From NCBI GenBank assembly GCA_963851265.1, contig CAWKNZ010000002.1, positions 768,001 to 832,000 on the forward strand: a stretch of DNA of 64,000 nucleotides. Direction: 5' to 3'. Each line of letters opens with the position of its first letter. The stretch's first letter is position 1. The notes under the pieces are model-generated. The model did no database searches and was not told the DNA's origin. It worked only from the letters and a program-made list of their open reading frames with translations. Both the position numbers and the translations under genes were made by a program. Shown piece after piece: positions 19,956-29,442 of this stretch. The stretch comes from an uncultured Gemmatimonadales bacterium (GTDB lineage: Bacteria; Gemmatimonadota; Gemmatimonadetes; Gemmatimonadales; Gemmatimonadaceae).

Positions 19956-20810
19956 TCACCCGTCCCGCTCGTACCCCCGCAACAACTGCATCATCCTCGT
20001 ATCCGTCGCCGTCGCGTCCTCCCCTTTCGGCGTCTCCAGGATCTTCGGCACCTCCGCCAGCCGCGAATCCGTCATGATGCGCCGGAACGGTCGCTCGCCT
20101 AACGTTCCCTCGGCGATCAGCTCGTGCCGGTCCTTGCGCGACGCGAACGGGAACTTCGAGTCGTTCAGGTGCAGCACCCGCAGCCGCCCGAGTCCGAGCA
20201 CGTCGTCGAAGCGCGCCCACACGCCGTCGTAATCGCCCACGAGGTCGTACCCCGCCGAGTACGCGTGGCAGGTGTCGAGACACACGCCCACGCGCGGCTG
20301 GTGCTCGGATGGGAGCCGAGCGATGATCTCGGCGATCTCCTCGAACGTCCGCCCGAGCACCGTCCCCGCGCCCGCCGTCGTCTCGAGGCAGAGCACCGTA
20401 CGCCCCGGCACGCGCGCGAGCGCTTCCGCGATCCCGTCCGCGTTGCGCGCGATGCCCGCCTCGCGCTCGTCCATGAAGTTGCCCGGGTGTGACACGAGGT
20501 AGTCCACGCCGAGCGCCTCGCACCGCGCCAGCTCCGCGGCGAACGAATCGACCGAACGCGCGCGGAGCGCATCGTCCGGCGAGGCGAGGTTGATGAGGTA
20601 GGAATCGTGCGACACGGTCGCGCGCACGCCCGTCGTCCCCAACGCGTCGCGGAACTGCGCCGACTCCGCGTCGTCGCAGACGCGCTCCGCCCAGCGGTTG
20701 GCCTGCTTGGTGAACAGCTGGAGCGCGGTCGCGTCGATCGCGTGCGCGCGCGGCGGGGCCTGGGCGATGCCGCCCGCCGTCGAAACGTGTGCGCCGAGGA
20801 GAGAAGCCAT
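19956..20810 (-). CDS. nfo: Endonuclease IV
   Basis: LGAHVS, HDSYLINLAS, CLETTAG, CLDTCH, HLNDSK...DRHE, ILETP. Confidence 0.95.
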   Translation of the reverse strand: MASLLGAHVSTAGGIAQAPPRAHAIDATALQLFTKQANRWAERVCDDAESAQFRDALGTTGVRATVSHDSYLINLASPDDALRARSVDSFAAELARCEALGVDYLVSHPGNFMDEREAGIARNADGIAEALARVPGRTVLCLETTAGAGTVLGRTFEEIAEIIARLPSEHQPRVGVCLDTCHAYSAGYDLVGDYDGVWARFDDVLGLGRLRVLHLNDSKFPFASRKDRHELIAEGTLGERPFRRIMTDSRLAEVPKILETPKGEDATATDTRMMQLLRGYERDG

Positions 20811-20889
20811 GACGTGCAAGCTAGCCGCCCCACTCCGGCCGAGCGCCGAGCCGTCGCGGCCTGACTAACCGCGTCGTCCCGCTCGCGCC

Positions 20890-22326
20890 TCAGCGCCCGC
20901 CGAGCAGGGAGAGCGGGTCCGTCGCGCGACCCTGCGGGCGCAACTCGAAATGCAGGTGCGCCGGCAGATCCGGATCGGACGCGCCGACCGAGCCGACGAC
21001 CTGACCGCGTTGCACCGCGTCGCCCACCTGCACGTCGATGCGCGCCAGCGACCCGTACACGCTGTAGTCCCCGCCCTCGTGTTGCAGGATCACCGTCGGC
21101 CCGTACGACCCGATGCTCTGCGCCACCGCGACGCGCCCCGCGGCCGCCGCATGCACGGGCGTCCCGGACGCGGCCTCGATCCCGACACCGTTCCACCGCG
21201 TCGCGGTATTGTTTGCGCCGATCACGCGCCCGAAGCGGTAGAGCAGGGGCCCGCGCACCGGCCAGCTGAAGCTGGTCGGCGCGCTCGCCGGCGCTGCCGG
21301 GATCGCGAGCGGCGGCGGCGAGACCACGACGGGTGCGGGGGGGCGCACGGCCACCTCGGGTGGCCGCGCGCCGGAGCGCGCGGGCGCGGTCCGGGCGGTG
21401 ATGCGCGCCGCCGCCCGACGCTCGGCTTCGCGCGCGGCCGCCTCGCGCGCCGCCGCCGCGCGCGCCTCCGCGAGTCGCGCCGCGGCCTCACGCCGCCGCC
21501 GCGCGGCCTCGATCTCGGCCAGCAGCGACGACAGCCGCGCCTCGTCGCGTGCGATCTGCGCGATGCGGCCCCGCGCGCGCGCGGCGCGCCCCTCCACCTG
21601 CGCGAGCGATCGTCCGCGCTGCGCCTCGAACTGGCGCAGCCGCGTTTCCTCGGCCGCTTTCTCGTCGCGGTTGCGTGCGAGCTCGATTTGCAGCCGCACG
21701 AGCAACGCCCGCTGCGCGGCCACGTCGTTGCGCAGTCGCTCGACGCGGCGGACGAGCGTGCGGTCGCGTCGCGCGAGCTCGTGCAGGTACTTGTAACGCG
21801 CGACGAGGTCGCCGAACGACGCGGCCGAGAGCAGCGCCTCGGGCTCGTCGAGGGGCCCGCGCTTGTAGATCTCGACCAGCCGGCGCCGAAGTCCGACCTG
21901 CTGACGCGCCAGCTCGCGCGACGCGCTGTCGTAGCGGGCCGACGCGATTTCCACCTCGTGGTGAATCGCCCCGAGCTGGTCGTCGAGCGCCCCCACCACG
22001 CGCGACGTGGCCGCGGCCTGCCGGTCGAAGTTCGCCGCCTCGGCGCGCAGGTCGTGCGCCGTGTCCTGCAGCGTGCGGAGCTGCGCCTCGAGCGCCGCGC
22101 GCTCCTCACGCGCGCGCGCCAGTTCGTCGCGTCCGCTCCGGAGCCGCGCGTCGGGCGCGTCGGTGGTCGCGGGCGGAGGCGCCACTGGTGCGGGTCGCTG
22201 CGCTCCGCCCCGCTTCGGCCGCCTCTGCGCGGCCGCCGGGAACGCGGCCGCGAGCAACGCGAGTGCCGCGACGGCAACACACGCGCCGACCGTGGTGGCG
22301 CGCGCGACGCGCGCGTCCTGCGTCAC
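20890..22326 (-). CDS. envC: Murein hydrolase activator EnvC-like (coiled coil + M23-like domain)
   Basis: Signal peptide, long coiled coil, WPVRG, WNGVGI, HLHFELR; GTGA overlap with ftsX stop. Confidence 0.85.
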   Translation of the reverse strand: MTQDARVARATTVGACVAVAALALLAAAFPAAAQRRPKRGGAQRPAPVAPPPATTDAPDARLRSGRDELARAREERAALEAQLRTLQDTAHDLRAEAANFDRQAAATSRVVGALDDQLGAIHHEVEIASARYDSASRELARQQVGLRRRLVEIYKRGPLDEPEALLSAASFGDLVARYKYLHELARRDRTLVRRVERLRNDVAAQRALLVRLQIELARNRDEKAAEETRLRQFEAQRGRSLAQVEGRAARARGRIAQIARDEARLSSLLAEIEAARRRREAAARLAEARAAAAREAAAREAERRAAARITARTAPARSGARPPEVAVRPPAPVVVSPPPLAIPAAPASAPTSFSWPVRGPLLYRFGRVIGANNTATRWNGVGIEAASGTPVHAAAAGRVAVAQSIGSYGPTVILQHEGGDYSVYGSLARIDVQVGDAVQRGQVVGSVGASDPDLPAHLHFELRPQGRATDPLSLLGGR

Positions 22327-23198
22327 CCCCAATGGCGGCGCCGATCGCGGCCGACGAGTCGAAGGTGGCGCCCCACCGACGCCGCGCTCCCGACCAGGCC
22401 CAGGACCGCGCCCCCCACCACGCCGGCGACCGCCGCCGTCGGCGGAAGGAACGCGATCGCGATCACGTATCGCCGCACGACGGCACACGCCGCGTAGGTC
22501 AGCAGCAGCGCGAGCGCTCCGCCCGCCACGCCGCCCACCGCGCCTTCGAGCAGGAAGGGCAGCCGGATGAATCCGTCCGTCGCACCCACGAGCCGCATCA
22601 GCTGGATTTCACGCGCGCGCGCGAGCACGGCGATGCGGATGGTCGCGCCCGTGATGATGAGAGCGGCGACGGCGAACGCCGCGCCGAGCGCGATGCCGGC
22701 CGCGGTCGCGACCGCGCGGATCGCGGCGAGCTTCTGCACCCACTCCTCGCCGTAGCGCACGTCGTCCACGCCGGGGAGCGCGCGCATCCGGTCGGCCACC
22801 GCGCGCACGTCGCCCGCATCGCGGCGGCCAGGGCGAAGGTGCAGCTCGACCGACGGCGGGAGCACGGCGGCGTCGAATACGTCGCGGAACTCTCCCAATT
22901 CGCGGCGTGCCCGGCGGAGCGCCTCGTCCGACGTCACCACGTCCACCCGCGCCACCTCGGGATAACCCTGTGCGGACGCGACCACGCGCGTCACCTGCGC
23001 CGCCGTCGCGCTGTCGCCCAGGAACGCGCGCACCTCGACGCGGTCCTCGACGCGCGCGAGCGCGTCGCGGATGTTGAGCGCGACGACGCCGAACAGCCCG
23101 AGCGAGAACAGTGAGAACGCGATCGTCGCGACCCCGAGCGCGCTCAGGAGCGGCGCGCGACGGAAGGCGAGGAGCGCCTCGCGGACGGCGTGACTCAC
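22323..23198 (-). CDS. ftsX: Cell division permease FtsX
   Basis: TIRIAVLARAREIQLMRLVGATDGFIRLPFLLEG. Confidence 0.93.
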   Translation of the reverse strand: MSHAVREALLAFRRAPLLSALGVATIAFSLFSLGLFGVVALNIRDALARVEDRVEVRAFLGDSATAAQVTRVVASAQGYPEVARVDVVTSDEALRRARRELGEFRDVFDAAVLPPSVELHLRPGRRDAGDVRAVADRMRALPGVDDVRYGEEWVQKLAAIRAVATAAGIALGAAFAVAALIITGATIRIAVLARAREIQLMRLVGATDGFIRLPFLLEGAVGGVAGGALALLLTYAACAVVRRYVIAIAFLPPTAAVAGVVGGAVLGLVGSAASVGRHLRLVGRDRRRHWG

Positions 23199-23216
23199 GC
23201 GCGCTTCACGCCGCCG

Positions 23217-23924
23217 TCACGCGGCCACGGGCGCGCCGTCGTGTGCGACGCGCCCGCGCTCGAGGTGGATCGTCCGCAGGCCGGCTCGCGCGACCAGCTC
23301 GGCGTAGTGCGTCGCCATGAGCACCGCCGTGCCGCCCGCGTGAATCTCGCGCAGCAAGTCGAACACGCCGGCGGCCGCGCGTTCGTCGAGGTTCCCGGTG
23401 GGTTCGTCGGCGAGCAGCAGCACCGGACGGTTGACGAGTGCGCGCGCGATCGCGACGCGCTGCTGCTCTCCGCCGGACAGCTCGTGCGGCAACCGCATCC
23501 CACGCCCCGCGAGCCCGACGCGCGCGAGCGCGTCGTTCGCCCGCTCGCGCACGGCCGCGCGCGGCGCGCCGGTCACCTCCAGCGCGAAGGCGACGTTCTG
23601 CTCTGCCGTGCGGTCGCCGAGGAGTCGGAAATCCTGAAACACGATGCCGAGCTGCCGCCGCAAGCGCGGGACCGAGCGCGCCAGCTCGCGCGGCGACAGC
23701 ACGCTCGTGTCCTCTCCGACCACCACGACGCGGCCGCTCGTCGGCCGCTCCTCGAGGTACGCGAGCCGCAGCACCGAACTCTTGCCCGACCCGCTCGGCC
23801 CGGTGAGGAACGCGAATTCACCGCGGTCGAGCACGAACGACACGCCGTCGAGCGCGTGCGCGACCGGCGCCCCCGCGCCGCCGCCGCGCTCGTAGCTCTT
23901 GACCACGTCGGCGAAGGTGAGCAC
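23217..23924 (-). CDS. ftsE: Cell division ATP-binding protein FtsE
   Basis: [40 protein letters not shown]. Confidence 0.93.
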   Translation of the reverse strand: MLTFADVVKSYERGGGAGAPVAHALDGVSFVLDRGEFAFLTGPSGSGKSSVLRLAYLEERPTSGRVVVVGEDTSVLSPRELARSVPRLRRQLGIVFQDFRLLGDRTAEQNVAFALEVTGAPRAAVRERANDALARVGLAGRGMRLPHELSGGEQQRVAIARALVNRPVLLLADEPTGNLDERAAAGVFDLLREIHAGGTAVLMATHYAELVARAGLRTIHLERGRVAHDGAPVAA

Positions 23925-23946
23925 GATGCGGCTCCGCGCGTCCCGA

Positions 23947-25200
23947 TCAGGCCGCGAGCGCCTGCGCGAGGTCGGCGATCAAGTCCGCCGGATCCTCGAC
24001 GCCGATGCTCAGGCGCAGGAAGCCGTCGGGGATGCCGATCGCCGAGCGCTCCTCGCTCGTCAGCTTCGCGTGCGACGTGTACCGCGGCTCGACGACGAGC
24101 GAGTCGACGCCGCCGAGCGAGGTCGCGTGCGTGAACAGTCGCAGCGCGCGCAGGAAGCGGTCCGCCGCGGGCGCGCCGCCCGCGAGTTCGATCGCGAGCA
24201 TGCCGCCGAACCCGTCGAGCGTCGCGGCGGCGAGTGCGTGGTCGGGGTGCGACGGCAGCCCCGGGTAGTGCACGCGCGCGACGGCCGGGTGCGCGTCGCA
24301 CCAGCGCGCGATCGCCGTCGCGTTCGCGTTCTGCCGTTCCACGCGCACGGCGAGCGTCTTGAGCCCGCGCTCGAGCAGCCAGCACGCGAACGGGTCGGGC
24401 GCCTGCCCCCAGCGCACCATCTTCTCGCGCACCTCGGCGATGTAGCTCGCCGACCCGATCACCGCCCCGCTCAGCACGTCGTGGTGGCCGTTGAGGTACT
24501 TGGTGGCGGAGTGGATGACGACGTCGGCGCCGTGCTCCAGGGGGCGGAAGTTGATCGGGCTCGCGAACGTCGAGTCGACGACCAGCGCGACGCCGAGTTC
24601 GCGCGTGAGGCGACTGAGCGAGCGCATGTCGACCACGCGCGTCGTCGGGTTGACCGGCGACTCGATGAACACCGCGCGCGTGTTGGGCCGGAGCGCGTTG
24701 CGCCACCCGCGCGAGCGCGTCGGCTCGACGAACGTCGTGCGGATGCCTAACGTCGCGAACTCCTGCGCGAACAGCGTCTGCGTGCCGCCGTAGATCCAGG
24801 CGCTCGCCACGAGGTGGTCGCCGGGGCGGAGCAGGGCGAGCAGCGCGCACGCGGTCGCGCCCATCCCGCTCGCGAGCACGAGCGCCGCCTCGCCGCGGTC
24901 GAGGAGGGCGAGGCGCTCCTGCACCCGCTCGGCGTTGGGCGTGTTCCCGTAGCGGGTGTAGCGCACGCCCTCCGCCGTCCCGAAGGGCTGCGTGTGCGGG
25001 ATCGACTGCACGAGCGGCGCGACCACCGGCTCGCGGTCGGCGTGCGCGCCGCCCTCGGCAACGCCGCCGCCCACCGCCCGCGCCCCGTGCAGCGCGATCG
25101 TCGACAGCCCGGCGGGCGCGGCGGTGACGCCGGCCGCCGCGCCGGGGAGTTCGTCCGTCGTGGAATCGGCGGCGTCGGCCGGCGCGGGACGGGGCGTCAC
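23947..25200 (-). CDS. Cys/Met metabolism PLP-dependent enzyme (cystathionine gamma-synthase/lyase family)
   Basis: YTRYGNTP, ASGMGA, VDSTFASP, HSATKYLNGH, SLGGVDSL, RLSIGVE. Confidence 0.92.
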   Translation of the reverse strand: MTPRPAPADAADSTTDELPGAAAGVTAAPAGLSTIALHGARAVGGGVAEGGAHADREPVVAPLVQSIPHTQPFGTAEGVRYTRYGNTPNAERVQERLALLDRGEAALVLASGMGATACALLALLRPGDHLVASAWIYGGTQTLFAQEFATLGIRTTFVEPTRSRGWRNALRPNTRAVFIESPVNPTTRVVDMRSLSRLTRELGVALVVDSTFASPINFRPLEHGADVVIHSATKYLNGHHDVLSGAVIGSASYIAEVREKMVRWGQAPDPFACWLLERGLKTLAVRVERQNANATAIARWCDAHPAVARVHYPGLPSHPDHALAAATLDGFGGMLAIELAGGAPAADRFLRALRLFTHATSLGGVDSLVVEPRYTSHAKLTSEERSAIGIPDGFLRLSIGVEDPADLIADLAQALAA

Positions 25201-25517
25201 GCGAACCGCCCCGCGCTCGGCGGCGCGTCGAGGTCGGGCTTGGTGACGTGCACGATCTCGGACGGCGCGATGCCGACCACGTCCCGCAGCACCACCGACC
25301 CGCGTGGCAGCCCGTCGTCGACGAGGAGCGTGGCGAACTGCTGCCCGCGCGGCCCCTCCACGAGCACGAGCTCGCCGTCGCCCGCCATGCGCGCGCGCGC
25401 CTCGTTCGCGTTCATGCGGATCTGCGGCCCGCGCTCGGGATCGTCGCGGCGGGTCGCGACGAACCCGTCCACGCGTAGCGGGCGCGAACTCTGGGGGCGG
25501 GGGTAGAGCGGCGGCAT
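25197..25517 (-). CDS. Small protein resembling a stand-alone molybdopterin-dinucleotide-binding (double-psi barrel) domain
   Basis: IRMNANEARAR..DGELVLVEGPRG pattern; 4-bp overlap with the next gene. Confidence 0.6.
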   Translation of the reverse strand: MPPLYPRPQSSRPLRVDGFVATRRDDPERGPQIRMNANEARARMAGDGELVLVEGPRGQQFATLLVDDGLPRGSVVLRDVVGIAPSEIVHVTKPDLDAPPSAGRFA

Positions 25518-25560
25518 GCGTCGGCGTCGGAGGAGCGGTGGCGTCGGGGCGGTGGCGGCG

Positions 25561-26199
25561 TCAGTCGAGGGCGGGCAGGCCGACGGGTAGCCACCCGCCG
25601 CCGGAGGCCGGCATCACGAGGCGACGCGCGGCGAGACGCGCGAGCACCGCCGCCGCCCGCGCGACGTCGGCAGGGGCCGTGTCGCGCCCGCGCGCGGACG
25701 CCGTCGCCAGCCGCTCGGCGTCGGCCGGGGCGAGCGCGTGCAGCGCGTGCCACAGCTCGCGCTCCTCGGGCGTGACGTCGCCGACGAGGCGCAGCTCGCC
25801 GTCGACCACGGCGACGATCGCGAGCGCGTGCCGCTCCAGCACCGCCTCGACCGCGTCCAGGTGCCCGTCGCCCACGCCCCGGAAGACGAAGTACACATCG
25901 GCGTGCCCGGCCGCCGCGGTCGCCGCCTCGACGGCGGTCGCGCCGTCGAGCACCGCGCGCACGTGGCGCAGCATCAGCTTGGCGACGATCTCGTCGGCGC
26001 ACGAAAAGTCGAGCAGCGTGACCTCGGAGAAGTCGATCACGTTGATGACGGGGCCGGACGGGCCGTGCTCCGCCGCGTCGGCGATCGCGCGCTCGATCTC
26101 GGCGCGCACGGCGGCGCCGGTCGGGCGGGTGACGAGGTTCGAGTACAAGTCGCACACCGTGCCGCGAAGCACCGTGCCCAGGTCGATGTGGTGGTGCAT
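25561..26199 (-). CDS. STAS-like domain + C-terminal winged-helix-like region
   Basis: VIDFSEVTLLDFSCADEIVAKL; ELWHAL..DAERLA..VLARLAARRLV; ATG at 26199. Confidence 0.7.
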   Translation of the reverse strand: MHHHIDLGTVLRGTVCDLYSNLVTRPTGAAVRAEIERAIADAAEHGPSGPVINVIDFSEVTLLDFSCADEIVAKLMLRHVRAVLDGATAVEAATAAAGHADVYFVFRGVGDGHLDAVEAVLERHALAIVAVVDGELRLVGDVTPEERELWHALHALAPADAERLATASARGRDTAPADVARAAAVLARLAARRLVMPASGGGWLPVGLPALD

Positions 26200-26251
26200 C
26201 AGCGCCGCCCGCGCCTCGCGGCATGTGTGACAGCGCGCGTGACAGCGCGCG

Positions 26252-27250
26252 TCATAGCAATTCGAGCGGAGGCGCCGGGCGCGCCGCGGGCCGCGCCGCC
26301 GCACCGCCGGTCGCGCCGGGGTCGCCCTGCGGGCCGACCGCCTGCGGGATCGTGATCTGGACCTGCGCACCCGGAAACGGCGCCAGCCCCTCTCGCAGCG
26401 CGACGTCGTCGTCCCACTCGGGCACGAGCGCGATGCGCGCCGTTCCGCTCCGTACGGCGAGCTTGCCCTGGAACTTGGTGACGAAGCTCCGGATCTGCGA
26501 CAGCCCCTGCCCGCGCCCGGACTCGCGGAACCGGCTCACGTTGCGCAGCACGCCCTCCTCCAGCGCCATGCCGTCGTCCCATCGGTCGCTACGCGGCCGC
26601 GCGACGTTGGACTCCAACGACCGCCGGAATCCGATGCCGGCGTCGCACACGGCGATCACCACCACCCGCCGTCCGAGCCGCTGCCGCCACGTATAGCTCT
26701 GCACCGCGACCCAGCCGTCGCGTCCCGCGTGCTCGGTCACGTTCTGGCACGCCTCGGAGAGCGTCATCGAAAACCGCATCGTCGAGCGCAGGTCGAGCCC
26801 GAGCCCGTCCCGCAGAATCGCCGTCGAGCGTTCCTGGATGCGGTCCACGATCTCGTGCACGTCGCCCGCGGCCGAGATCCGCGTGATTCCCAGCAGCACG
26901 TTCGACTCCGACGCGGCGCGACCGCGCGGCACCGCGCGCGTGAAATCGTACACCGTCTCCGCGTGCCCGAAGAAGCCGGCCCGCCCCCAGTACGACAGCG
27001 TCTCGTCGGCTTCGGGCGGCGCGAAGCTGGGCCGCACGTCGCGCGACTGCGCGAGGGCGAGCAGCGCCGTGAGCCCGTATGGCGACGCCCACCGCGCGTG
27101 CCGCGCGTCGACCAGCACCTTCGCGTCGGCGGGCGCCTCGGCCAGCTTGGCCGCGACCTGCTCGAAGGTGCTGTCGTCGAGCGACGACGGGATCGGAACG
27201 ACGGCCGTCAAGGCGGAGTGAAGGCGAGGATGGGCGGGTTGGCGCGCCAC
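26252..27250 (-). CDS. STAS-like domain + HATPase_c (anti-sigma-kinase-like)
   Basis: VLVDARHARWASPYGL; N-box SEACQNVTEHA, G1 VCDAGIG, G2 GRGQGL; start may be TTG 27211. Confidence 0.8.
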   Translation of the reverse strand: MARQPAHPRLHSALTAVVPIPSSLDDSTFEQVAAKLAEAPADAKVLVDARHARWASPYGLTALLALAQSRDVRPSFAPPEADETLSYWGRAGFFGHAETVYDFTRAVPRGRAASESNVLLGITRISAAGDVHEIVDRIQERSTAILRDGLGLDLRSTMRFSMTLSEACQNVTEHAGRDGWVAVQSYTWRQRLGRRVVVIAVCDAGIGFRRSLESNVARPRSDRWDDGMALEEGVLRNVSRFRESGRGQGLSQIRSFVTKFQGKLAVRSGTARIALVPEWDDDVALREGLAPFPGAQVQITIPQAVGPQGDPGATGGAAARPAARPAPPLELL

Positions 27251-27306
27251 GCGTGGCTGGACGCCCGCGCCGGCGGGCGCCGGCCTGTCCCTCGCACCAC
27301 CGCGAG

Positions 27307-28332
27307 CTACGGCAGGCTGATCTCGCCGCGCAGGTGCGCGGCAAGCCCGCTCGCACCGCGGTGGGCGAGGTTGCGCCCCGCCGCACGGTGCGCCGCGACG
27401 ATCGCGTCGTCCAAGGTATCACCCGCGAGGAGGCGCGAGAAATGGGTCGCGCCCCAGACGTCGCCGCACCCGGTCGGATCGCCGCCGTCCGACACGTCGA
27501 CGCGCACGGCGGGGATCAACGCGGTGCGGAGCGGGCCCGGCGCGCCGCCGCCCACCCCGCTCACGATCGCCGCACGCGCGGCGGCGCGCGCCGGGCCGCC
27601 GTCCAGTTGCACCGTGCCGTCCGGCCCGCGCAGGCCGTCGTAGTCGCCGCGCGCGAAGTACACCGCGCCGCGCGGCCCCATCGTCACCGAGAGACATCGG
27701 ACGCCGTTGGCGAGCGCCGTCGCCGCGAGCGCCATCGGGTCCGGCGCCATCATCGCCAGTTCGTCCTCGTTCACCTGCACGAGGTCGAAGCAGCGGCACC
27801 ACGCCGCCACGTCGGGCAGCGGGCGCATCGTGCGCAGGCCGCCCGGTTGCACGGCGAGCGTGAGCGAGTGCAAGTCGCCGTACATCACGCCCTTGAAGTG
27901 CTGCCGCAGGAGCTGCGTCGTCTCGATGTCCAGTTCGAACCCCGAGATGAAGTTGACGTACAGTGCGTCGAGCCCCTCGATCAGCGGGCGCATGCCGAGC
28001 CACGTCCACCCCGGCACGCCGCCGCGCAGCACCTCGCTCCGCCGCTCCTTCGAGTAGTAGAACAGCTCGACGCGGTTGTTCGGATACGGCACCTCGACGA
28101 GCGCCGCATCCGGAGCCGCGTGGCGCAACGTGCGCACGAAGTCGTTCGCGCGTCCCCACAGGTCGTCGCCGACCTTGATCACGGGCACGATCTCCCAGTC
28201 GTCGGGCAGCGCCGCGTCGAGCGCCCCGAGCGCGTAGGTGATCCCGCCCCACTCCTCGATTGCCGCCGCCCGGACGTCGCGGCCGTGGATCACGTCCCAG
28301 ACGAACGTGCCGATCACGCCAAGTCGCGGCAC
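27307..28332 (-). CDS. PfkB-family carbohydrate kinase
   Basis: WGGITY, QVNEDE, VTMGPRG, DPTGCGDVWGA. Confidence 0.85.
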   Translation of the reverse strand: MPRLGVIGTFVWDVIHGRDVRAAAIEEWGGITYALGALDAALPDDWEIVPVIKVGDDLWGRANDFVRTLRHAAPDAALVEVPYPNNRVELFYYSKERRSEVLRGGVPGWTWLGMRPLIEGLDALYVNFISGFELDIETTQLLRQHFKGVMYGDLHSLTLAVQPGGLRTMRPLPDVAAWCRCFDLVQVNEDELAMMAPDPMALAATALANGVRCLSVTMGPRGAVYFARGDYDGLRGPDGTVQLDGGPARAAARAAIVSGVGGGAPGPLRTALIPAVRVDVSDGGDPTGCGDVWGATHFSRLLAGDTLDDAIVAAHRAAGRNLAHRGASGLAAHLRGEISLP

Positions 28333-28333
28333 G

Positions 28334-29374
28334 TCAGACCTCCACGGACGCTCCGCGCGGCGCATCGTGCGACGTCACGTGCGTGGGGACGTGCTGATCC
28401 AAGAAGACGCGCGCGGCGCCGACGATCCCGGCCGTGCCCTCCAGCGCGCCCGGGACGATGCGCGCCGCGTCGACGGCCGGTCGAAACGCGCGGCGCCGGA
28501 CCTCCGCGCGCAGCGGCTCGAACAGCGCCTCGCCGGCCCGCATCACCCCCCCCGCGAGCACCACCACGTCGGGGTTGTACACGTTGAGCAGGTTGGCGAC
28601 GCCCGCGCCGAGAAAGCGCGCGGTGTCGCGGACCACCTCGCGAGCGAGCGCGTCCCCGCGATCGCTCGCCTCGTACACCGTCGCGGCCGTGATCTGCGAG
28701 AGGTCGCCTGCCACGAGGTCGGCGAGCAGCGACGGCTCGCCCGCCTCGAGCGCCTCGCGCGCGCGGAGCGCGATGTTGGGTCCCGACGCGTACGCCTCGA
28801 GGCACCCGTAATTGCCGCACGCGCACCGCCGCCCCGCCGTGTCGATCGTCGTGTGCCCTACCTCGCCCGCCACGTCCGACGCGCCGTGATACACCCGGCC
28901 GTTGAGGATCAACCCACCGCCGATCCCCGTCCCGAGCGTGATCCCGACCACGTTCTGCGCACCGCGCGCCGCACCGGTCCACCACTCGCCGAGCGTGGCA
29001 CAGTTCGCGTCGTTGTCGAGCGCCGTCTCGAGCCCGACGCGCTCCGCGATGAGCGCGCGCAGCGGCAGATCGCGCCACCCCAGGTTGTGCGCGACGACGA
29101 CCACGCCGCGCGCCCGGTCGAGCGCACCCGGTGACCCGACGCCCACGCCGGCGAACGCCGAGCGCGGCGCCTGCTCCGACGCCATCGTCTGCGCGATGAC
29201 CGTCTCGATCATCTCGACGATGCGGTCGACGACCGCGTCCGAGCCACGTTCGGCGTGCGTCAACGCCGTACGCACGACGACCTCGCGCCCGCTCTCCGCG
29301 ATGACGGACCCGACGCTGATCTTCGTCCCGCCGAGGTCGACGCCGACGACGTAGCGGGGCTCTGGATTTGACAT
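28334..29374 (-). CDS. ROK family sugar kinase (glucokinase-like)
   Basis: GVDLGGTK, DNDANCA, GTGIGGG, EVGH, CACGNYGCLE. Confidence 0.93.
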   Translation of the reverse strand: MSNPEPRYVVGVDLGGTKISVGSVIAESGREVVVRTALTHAERGSDAVVDRIVEMIETVIAQTMASEQAPRSAFAGVGVGSPGALDRARGVVVVAHNLGWRDLPLRALIAERVGLETALDNDANCATLGEWWTGAARGAQNVVGITLGTGIGGGLILNGRVYHGASDVAGEVGHTTIDTAGRRCACGNYGCLEAYASGPNIALRAREALEAGEPSLLADLVAGDLSQITAATVYEASDRGDALAREVVRDTARFLGAGVANLLNVYNPDVVVLAGGVMRAGEALFEPLRAEVRRRAFRPAVDAARIVPGALEGTAGIVGAARVFLDQHVPTHVTSHDAPRGASVEV

Positions 29375-29442
29375 GCCGCCAATCTACGCGCCCGCACCGC
29401 GGGCCATTCCGGCCCCGGCGTCCCCCGCGTTATCCGCGGCGA

